Part shown: piece by piece, positions 45,632 to 51,450 of the stretch
Numbering within the stretch: position 1 is the stretch's first letter
How the letters are laid out: each line of letters starts with the position of its first letter
NCBI GenBank assembly: GCA_002506335.1
Contig: DAXJ01000014.1
Span: forward strand, 1-51,450
Source of the DNA: Methanosaeta sp. UBA114
GTDB lineage: Archaea > Halobacteriota > Methanosarcinia > Methanotrichales > Methanotrichaceae
Direction: 5' to 3'
DNA: 51,450 nt
Notes under the pieces: model-generated
The model's database searches: none
Told to the model about the DNA's origin: nothing
The model's input: only the letters and a program-made list of their open reading frames with translations
Program-made: the position numbers and the translations under genes

Positions 45632-46054
45632 TCAGAACTCGATCCTTGGAAACTCTGCTTCCTTCAGGTTATCGGCCAAGGTCCAGAAGAATGCCTCGCC
45701 GTGGGGTATTCTGATGACCGCCAGGTTTGTATCTTCAGATCCTTCGATTATATTCTTAAGAAAGGGCATCTCCTCCAGGAGCCTAGTTTTAAGAGCGATC
45801 TCATTTAGGAACTCCATCGACCCCAATATCCTCATCATTAGGTCTTTCTTATGGGTTATAAAGCAGACCTCGATTCTGGGATTTTTGTGAAGCTGCTTGC
45901 ATACTCGCTTGGATTCCGATGTGTGGAAGTAAAAGCCGCTTGCATCGGCAAACCAGGAAGTAAAAGGTCTGACCCTCGGCTGTCCTCCTTCTTCAGTGGC
46001 CACAAAGCCCGTGGGGTTATTCTTAATAAACTTGAAGCAGTTCCCTAAATCCAC
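45632..46054 (-). CDS. Pyridoxamine 5'-phosphate oxidase-family FMN-binding protein
   Basis: GQPRVRPFTSWFAD..GFYFHTS. The GTG at 46054 has GGAG 8 nt upstream and yields 140 aa, the same length as the adjacent paralogue. The track start at 46168 would overlap the neighbouring gene. Confidence 0.7.
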   Translation of the reverse strand: MDLGNCFKFIKNNPTGFVATEEGGQPRVRPFTSWFADASGFYFHTSESKRVCKQLHKNPRIEVCFITHKKDLMMRILGSMEFLNEIALKTRLLEEMPFLKNIIEGSEDTNLAVIRIPHGEAFFWTLADNLKEAEFPRIEF

Positions 46055-46121
46055 TTTCGTATCTCCTTTAATAGGAGTCTCCCATTGGTGATAATTCTTT
46101 GGGGAATGGGATCGAAAAGAG

Positions 46122-46544
46122 TCAGAAGGAGATCTTCTCGCTATCCCTCTCCTTTTCGTTCTCTGCAACCGTCCAGAACCTGGCTACACCGTTTTGGACC
46201 CGGAAGATGGCCAGGGCAGGGTCCTCAGGTCCCCGGAACATCTGCTTCAGGTACTCCTGGTCATCCAGGAGCTTTCTCTTGAGATCTATATCCTGGAGGA
46301 TCTTGGCCTCGCCGGTGATCCTCATCATGGCGCCGCTCTGAGTAGCATAGAAGCAGACCTCGACCTTGGGGTGGGCCTTGATCTGTCTGTAAACACCCTT
46401 GGCTGTCGAGGTGTGGAAGTAAAAACCCTTACCTGTGGCGTACCACATGGCAAAGGCCCTGACCCGCGGTTGGTCACCCTCGGCGGTGGCTAGGTAGCAG
46501 AGGGGGTTTATGTTGGCGAACTCATAAACATCATCTATATTCAT
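46122..46544 (-). CDS. Pyridoxamine 5'-phosphate oxidase-family FMN-binding protein, tandem paralogue
   Basis: LATAEGDQPRVRAFAMWYATGKGFYFHTS...VCFY. 140 aa. Confidence 0.75.
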   Translation of the reverse strand: MNIDDVYEFANINPLCYLATAEGDQPRVRAFAMWYATGKGFYFHTSTAKGVYRQIKAHPKVEVCFYATQSGAMMRITGEAKILQDIDLKRKLLDDQEYLKQMFRGPEDPALAIFRVQNGVARFWTVAENEKERDSEKISF

Positions 46545-46754
46545 AAGTTATACCTCTTATGCTCTTTGTTAGAGGAGCAATCCGACTTGGTACCCAACAA
46601 AGTGGTTTGCAATAGTACGCCTCGTAACCTTAAATAACTTATTTGACCGTTCCCGCCTTTTCTATGCTTTCCATACTTTGCGATAAGAAAAAAGCTGGCC
46701 CTGCCGGGGACTGATTACCTAGCAAGTCGGAATTCTCCTCTGGATTAAGTTACC

Positions 46755-47985
46755 CTAAGGTCTAAAGGATTCTAAGTCCGGCCTCGGGATAGGGACTAAC
46801 GTTCCCTTCATGCTGCTCTCCTCGTAGAGGATGCATATGTAACCCAGATTTCCCGTGAAGTTTCCGACCTTCAAAGAGAAGGCTCTGTGGGCCGAGACGC
46901 CTGGCACAATGATCCCTGAGTAATTCACTCCCTGGTTAGTCATGCTCTGATTGGTCTTGGATGGAGTTACGATATCCGGACCGAATGTCATTACCTCCTG
47001 GCAGTTCGGTGGGCTGATCCCGACAAGGGTTTTAGGTTCCTTGGCTCCATTGAGGAAGGTGACTGCATGAGGCGCCATGCTCTCCTTAGATAGCGCCCAG
47101 ATCATGGTATCCTCATGATGGGCGTTTACCCATTAAGGATAGGACGCCATCAGATCTATCTGGCCCCTGGAACAACCAACGTTGACGTAGTGGATCGTGG
47201 AACCATCGGGCTACTTTTTCGCCGGCCTGAACTCTGAGACGGTGGCAGCTATGGCGAATGGTACATTGGCTAAAAGAGCATCCTTCTCATTTCTTCCATG
47301 TATGGCACCCTCTGCGGGTGTTGGCATGATAATGTTAGGATCTTCCACTATGATGGTGCCGAACATGTGGTTGTCCTCGTGGACCACGCAGGAGTAGTGT
47401 AGATCCCCGTCTTAGTGAACTTTAGCTTGAAGCTTTCGGCGCCCCTATATTCTGGGGACCCATAACCTCTGAGTTTGCGTAGGAGGATCCATTGAACTCG
47501 CCGCCCTGGGGAATGATGGGGGAGGCTACCTGTGGGTTGATTATCATGGAACCCTTAGGCCCTCCTGGAAGCGGAACTAAGAAGACAGGTGTCTGTACGG
47601 CATTGGCATTGGAGCTGATATTGGAACCGGTATTAACTATAATATTAGTTGCGGTATTTGATATCGTATTAGAACTAAGATCGAATCTGATGAAGCCGGT
47701 ATTGGATGTATCGGGTCTGGCCGAGTTGGTATTAATCTCTGGGAATGTTACCGTATGAATCTACCTGAAATTTTGTATCCAGGTGATGGTACCATCGATG
47801 TGGATTCCAATCTTGGACGAGAAGAAGGCCTGACCCTCGGCGCGGTTGAGAAGGTTGGTGTAGCCCACCGTGACCGTGAAGTTCTGCTGAGCTGTACCCG
47901 AGTGGAAAACGGATCTTGGGGTCTGTGTCTGGATAGTGCCGGCTAAAATAAAAGCTGATGCTAGCAGCGATACAAGGATTCCCAT
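46755..47985 (-). pseudogene. Decayed two-domain cupredoxin (type-1 copper) protein
   Basis: Signal MGILVSLLASAFILAG. TWIQNFR*IHTVTFPE carries an in-frame TAG. SFKLKFTKTGIY and HYSCVVHEDNHMFGTIIVED (Cx2Hx4M) are separated by a 1-nt deletion. The second domain reads GYICILYEESSMKG, with Tyr in place of the His ligand. Confidence 0.6.
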
Positions 47986-48213
47986 AGTCTGTTCCTATCG
48001 CCTTTGTTTGTCAGAGGTGTGCCCGCAGAAACTCTATCAATAGCAGCGTAATCATTAAAATTAGGAACGCTTACGTTTAAATAAATATCCTAAGTTACCA
48101 TGATTTGAGCAACCGCGAAGCTATGGCTGGTAGATCCCCTGCAGATAGATACCCTGTGAATTCATCCCTAGTACGGCAAAAAAACTCATAAATTATGAGG
48201 CTTAGTTAAGCCT

Positions 48214-48756
48214 ATGCTGACTATCCTGGAGCTGGATGATAACCTGATCTACGTGGAGAGCGAGCGGTGGCAGTGTGATTTCGGCCTTGGCAGCCCCGTC
48301 AAGCTCGGCCTTATCCTGGAGGCCGTAGATTTAGGAGGAAGCTTCAGCTTCGTCATAGATGCATGCCTGATGCCCCAGCCCGAGTACATCGATCCTGAGA
48401 TAGTCTCCGAGGCCAGGGAGATGGGTATCCGCTCCAGGGAGGATCTGATAAAAGAAGTATACTTGGAGTACGGCGGAGTTCCTGTGAACATCGACGCAGT
48501 GCAGCCGGCTAAGGCCTCATGCGGCTTTTCCAGCTTCATTGCGGACACCGAGATCTCCTCAGGCAACCAGGGATCTGGCCTGGAGGTAAGGCACTTTAAG
48601 GATCTGGATGATGCCATGAAGTTTGCTAGGGACTTCTATGCGGTGTACACTGCGGGCCTCTTCGGCTTCATAGATATGGTCCTGGACAACCCCCTGAGGA
48701 CGGGCGGCACGGGGCGGGAAAAGATCATGCAGATGGCGGGAAAGCAGCCGAGCTAA
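48214..48756 (+). CDS. Hypothetical cytoplasmic protein
   Basis: 180-aa ORF with coding-like composition. No family recognised. Confidence 0.45.
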   Translation: MLTILELDDNLIYVESERWQCDFGLGSPVKLGLILEAVDLGGSFSFVIDACLMPQPEYIDPEIVSEAREMGIRSREDLIKEVYLEYGGVPVNIDAVQPAKASCGFSSFIADTEISSGNQGSGLEVRHFKDLDDAMKFARDFYAVYTAGLFGFIDMVLDNPLRTGGTGREKIMQMAGKQPS

Positions 48757-48799
48757 CCTCTGAAGCATCATTTCCTGCCTGGGATCCTGGACCTTAAAA

Positions 48800-49258
48800 T
48801 TAAGATGGGCCTTTCGTCTCCTCTCTCTGGCCTACAATCTCCACCAGGCGTATGTCGAAGACCAGGTCCCTCTCTGCCAGGGGATTGTTGGCATCCAGAG
48901 TGATTTTATCGCCTTTTACCTCTGTGACCTGGACTGGTATGAACTGGCCGTTAGGTGCACTGACCTCCAGGGTCATGCCTTCTTCGGGCGTAATATCCTC
49001 GGGGATATCCTTTCTGTCTACCTTTATGATCTTGTCTTCTCTGTAAAAGCCATAGGCATTCTCTGGGGGAATGGTGACAGTTTTGGCCTCTCCGGGCCTC
49101 ATCCCTATCATGGCCTCCTCAAAGCCGGGTATGAGCTTGCCCTCGCCTATCTTGAACTCCACGGGCTCTGCGCCCTCGGAGGTATCGAAGGGCATTCCAT
49201 CCGTGAACTTGCCGGTGTAGTGGACCTTAACCGTATCCCCTTTCTTTGCCTGGACCAT
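48800..49258 (-). CDS. FKBP-type peptidyl-prolyl cis-trans isomerase, SlyD-like with an IF insert
   Basis: GDTVKVHYTGKFTDGMPFDTS...GEGKLIPGFEEAMIGMRPGE...LVFDIRLVEI. Confidence 0.85.
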   Translation of the reverse strand: MVQAKKGDTVKVHYTGKFTDGMPFDTSEGAEPVEFKIGEGKLIPGFEEAMIGMRPGEAKTVTIPPENAYGFYREDKIIKVDRKDIPEDITPEEGMTLEVSAPNGQFIPVQVTEVKGDKITLDANNPLAERDLVFDIRLVEIVGQREETKGPS

Positions 49259-49563
49259 TCTTGGCACCCCTGAGACCTGGAAACCGAAAAATCTCGGTTA
49301 GGGAACATGTGCCTTTTAAATGTATATCAAGTATTGCTTTTAATACAGCCCCTTCGCAGCTTTCGGGCACCTTTTAAGCGCAAATCTCCCAGAGCTCCTT
49401 AATGGAATCAGGCGGCTGATATCGATCCTGGTAGAGGGTTGTAAGGCAAGGAAAATATCCTAACAGTAGCTTATTGTTCTAGATGACACCATAAGAATTT
49501 ATGGTTAGATAACCAGAACCTCTGTAAGGAAAACAAGGACGATAAACCTGATTATGGAAACCA

Positions 49564-49644
49564 ATGACTAGAAAATCCGATGATGAGAAAACCTATGATG
49601 AGAATGCCGCTGATAATACTGTCGCTGATAAGGTCGAGGTGTGA
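49564..49644 (+). other. Candidate 26-aa acidic upstream ORF ending 6 nt before the htpX ATG
   Basis: MTRKSDDEKTYDENAADNTVADKVEV. The coding DNA contains two copies each of ATGATGAGAA and CGCTGATAA. No homology support. Confidence 0.2.
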
Positions 49645-49649
49645 TCTCC

Positions 49650-50537
49650 ATGAAATGGAAGACTGATTGGGGCCTGGAGGCCAGGATGCTCTTTACCATG
49701 GTGATGTTGGGCGCCGTGTACCTAGCCTTCCTGGTGCTCCTGTACCGCTACACGGGCATAAGCACGCTGGGCATGGTCCTCATAGCAGGAGGCCTACTTC
49801 TCCTCCAGTACTTCTACTCAGACCGCCTTGTGCTCTGGTCCACAGGAGCCAGGGAGGTCTCCGAAAGCGAAGCTCCTGAGCTCCATGCCATGGTCACTAG
49901 GCTTTGTGCCATAGCAAACCTTCCCAAGCCTAGGATCGCCATAGTGAGCACCAGCGCTCCCAATGCTTTTGCCACAGGGCGGAGCCAGAAGGCATCGGTG
50001 GTGGCAGTGACCTCGGGCGTCATGAACCAGCTCGACCGCGATGAGCTGGAGGCAGTGCTGGCTCACGAGCTCACCCACGTCAAGAACAGGGACGCCGCTA
50101 TCATGACTATAGCCAGCTTCCTCTCCACCATAGCCTTCTTCCTGGTCAGGAACTTCCTCTTATTCGGAGGGGCTTACGACAGGCGCTCCAGGGACTCGGG
50201 AGGAAGCATCGTCGTGGTGTGGCTGATATCCCTTCTGGTCTGGATACTGAGCTTCATCCTCATTCGAGCCCTCTCAAGGTACAGGGAGTTTGCAGCGGAT
50301 AGGGGGTCGGCGATCATCACCGGCAGGCCATCCCATCTATCTTCGGCCCTCATGAAGCTATCCAAAATGCCTCCCAGAATTCCCGTCCAGGACTTAAGAA
50401 GGGTCGAGGTCTCCAATAACTTAAACATCGTGCCGGCCCTATCTGGCCAGTCGGTCTTCAACATCTTCTCTACCCACCCGTCAACGGAGGCCCGCATAGC
50501 GGCCCTGGAGAAGATATCCCAGGAGATGGAGACCTGA
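49650..50537 (+). CDS. htpX: Membrane zinc metalloprotease HtpX (M48)
   Basis: HELTHV zinc motif, N-terminal TM pair, and a REFAAD segment near the C-terminus. Confidence 0.85.
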   Translation: MKWKTDWGLEARMLFTMVMLGAVYLAFLVLLYRYTGISTLGMVLIAGGLLLLQYFYSDRLVLWSTGAREVSESEAPELHAMVTRLCAIANLPKPRIAIVSTSAPNAFATGRSQKASVVAVTSGVMNQLDRDELEAVLAHELTHVKNRDAAIMTIASFLSTIAFFLVRNFLLFGGAYDRRSRDSGGSIVVVWLISLLVWILSFILIRALSRYREFAADRGSAIITGRPSHLSSALMKLSKMPPRIPVQDLRRVEVSNNLNIVPALSGQSVFNIFSTHPSTEARIAALEKISQEMET

Positions 50538-50650
50538 TAGGTTTTTGGGTTCAATCCTGGAAACGGCCGAGCTCCCCTCGTCCAAGACAGAGAAGCTCTT
50601 TTCCATATCCACGGCTGAGGTGACCCTGGAGACGAAGTTTAACCTGAAAC

Positions 50651-51100
50651 ATGATGGTTCAGCTAGCGGTCTGCATAAAATCCGTGGAGTCTTCCAGGTG
50701 TGAGACCCCCTGGTCAGAGGTCGAGGGCCTTCTCAAGATCAGTTCCAATGAGACCAAGACTGAGTACAGCGTCCAGAAGGATTCATACAACTACCTCTGG
50801 GTGGTTCTCAGGGACCTTGACTTCGACAATCTAGTGGCCAAGGTGCAAATGGTGAGCTCGACATTGATCTATGAGGGCTTTGGGACCCAACTTCTAGCTG
50901 CCATTTACAGATTCAAAGGAAACACGATGGTCTACTGGATTTACAGCTTCAATGAGGGCACGTACTATCCCTTCGTGCCCTCGGGATCAAGCCGGAGGGA
51001 TAACGCCTTTAAGCTTCGGCTCAAGTCGGTGGTGGAGACAGGGCTGCCCATAGTTAAAGATCTGATAAGTTGGTATCACCTTTGGAGCACGCCAATTTAG
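50651..51100 (+). CDS. Hypothetical protein
   Basis: 149-aa ORF downstream of htpX. No family recognised. Confidence 0.45.
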   Translation: MMVQLAVCIKSVESSRCETPWSEVEGLLKISSNETKTEYSVQKDSYNYLWVVLRDLDFDNLVAKVQMVSSTLIYEGFGTQLLAAIYRFKGNTMVYWIYSFNEGTYYPFVPSGSSRRDNAFKLRLKSVVETGLPIVKDLISWYHLWSTPI

Positions 51101-51189
51101 AAAATCCTTCCCCTGCAGGCAGGGGTAATTTAATGTGTTCGAATGAATGAGCACCGATCTGAAGAATGAAAAACCTCAAGGATAGCTTA

Positions 51190-51450
51190 CGATTCCTGCC
51201 TCTGTATTCATCAGGCGCCGAGTCCAAGCAGGACTTCCTTCTACATAGTTGCCCTCACCACCAAGGTCCTTCTCATGGGGGCAACCATTCCCACGCCGCT
51301 TTATGGACTGTACAGGCAGGCTTCTCCCTACCCTCGATCTCCATCACTCTAATCTATAGGCCTTACGCCTTTGCCATAGTGCCCATCTTCTTCTTAACCT
51401 GAAGCCTTAGCTGTCCGGAAATATGGTCCAGAAACGTATCACAGCTAATC
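51190..51450 (+). pseudogene. Possible frameshifted N-terminus of a second MFS transporter (runs off the window end)
   Basis: MFS-like pieces lie in three frames: FYIVALTTKVLLMGATIPTPLYGLYRQA, then FSLPSISITLIYRPYAFAIVPIFF, then LSCPEIWSRNV. Confidence 0.3.

Noticed and set aside
38340-47763. Recurrent in-frame TAG codons, in the GGR-like gene near 38349, the TPR paralogue near 45414 and the cupredoxin at 47761-47763. They raise the possibility of pyrrolysine or TAG recoding.
   Set aside because: TAG ends apparently complete genes here (the permease at 7817, the cohesin-like protein at 18311 and larC at 18338). The TAG-containing genes also carry frameshifts and deletions, and the TAG in the TPR paralogue aligns with a CAG (Gln) in the intact copy. 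No pyl genes are in the window. Ordinary nonsense mutations in pseudogenes explain all of this.
49575-49632. A possible C/D-box sRNA: two AUGAUGA elements and two CUGA elements upstream of htpX.
   Set aside because: The box order is C, C, D, D rather than C, D', C', D. The first two spacers are 8 nt rather than about 12 nt. No terminal stem is present.

Overview
This looks like a chromosomal window from an archaeon. Gene content points to a cytochrome-containing methanogen of the Methanosarcinales/Methanothrix type. That inference rests on MptD, a RimK-type glutamate ligase, a NirJ/Ahb-type radical SAM enzyme beside cobA-hemD/hemC/hemL, SRP19, S17e, ThiDN, an archaeosortase and an iron-sulfur flavoprotein.

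Most of the window is compact, translationally coupled housekeeping operons:
- haem/sirohaem: 11.8-16.6 kb
- repeat protein-thiDN-rps17e-dapA-dapB: 21.9-26.0 kb
- archaeosortase-psd-pssA-mptD: 32.4-34.8 kb
- singly placed genes: moaA, thiL, purA, htpX, an FKBP and an orphan nifB

Low-GC patches and many decayed genes lie between them. The decayed genes are two MFS transporters, a geranylgeranyl-reductase-like gene, a two-domain cupredoxin, a TPR paralogue, a polytopic membrane protein and an IS-type DDE transposase remnant. I recognised no rRNA, tRNA, CRISPR array or defence system.

The best candidate for something undescribed is a family of three small ORFs (62, 47 and 40 aa; two are absent from the ORF track). 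They share the core VEP[IL]KPGDxR...KxSL[LI]xTC. Each has its own promoter, Shine-Dalgarno (SD) site and terminator, and the differences between copies are mostly synonymous.

Other points worth a second look:
- the archaeosortase/lipid-headgroup operon, divergent from a 1164-aa S8 protease, with no visible substrate
- a cohesin-like secreted protein with a duplicated curlin-like, Cys-rich tail
- a protein built from five exact 34-residue repeats
- a 27-28 bp periodic GGCGGTTT repeat between moaA and thiL

Every family assignment comes from motif recognition by eye. No database search was run.
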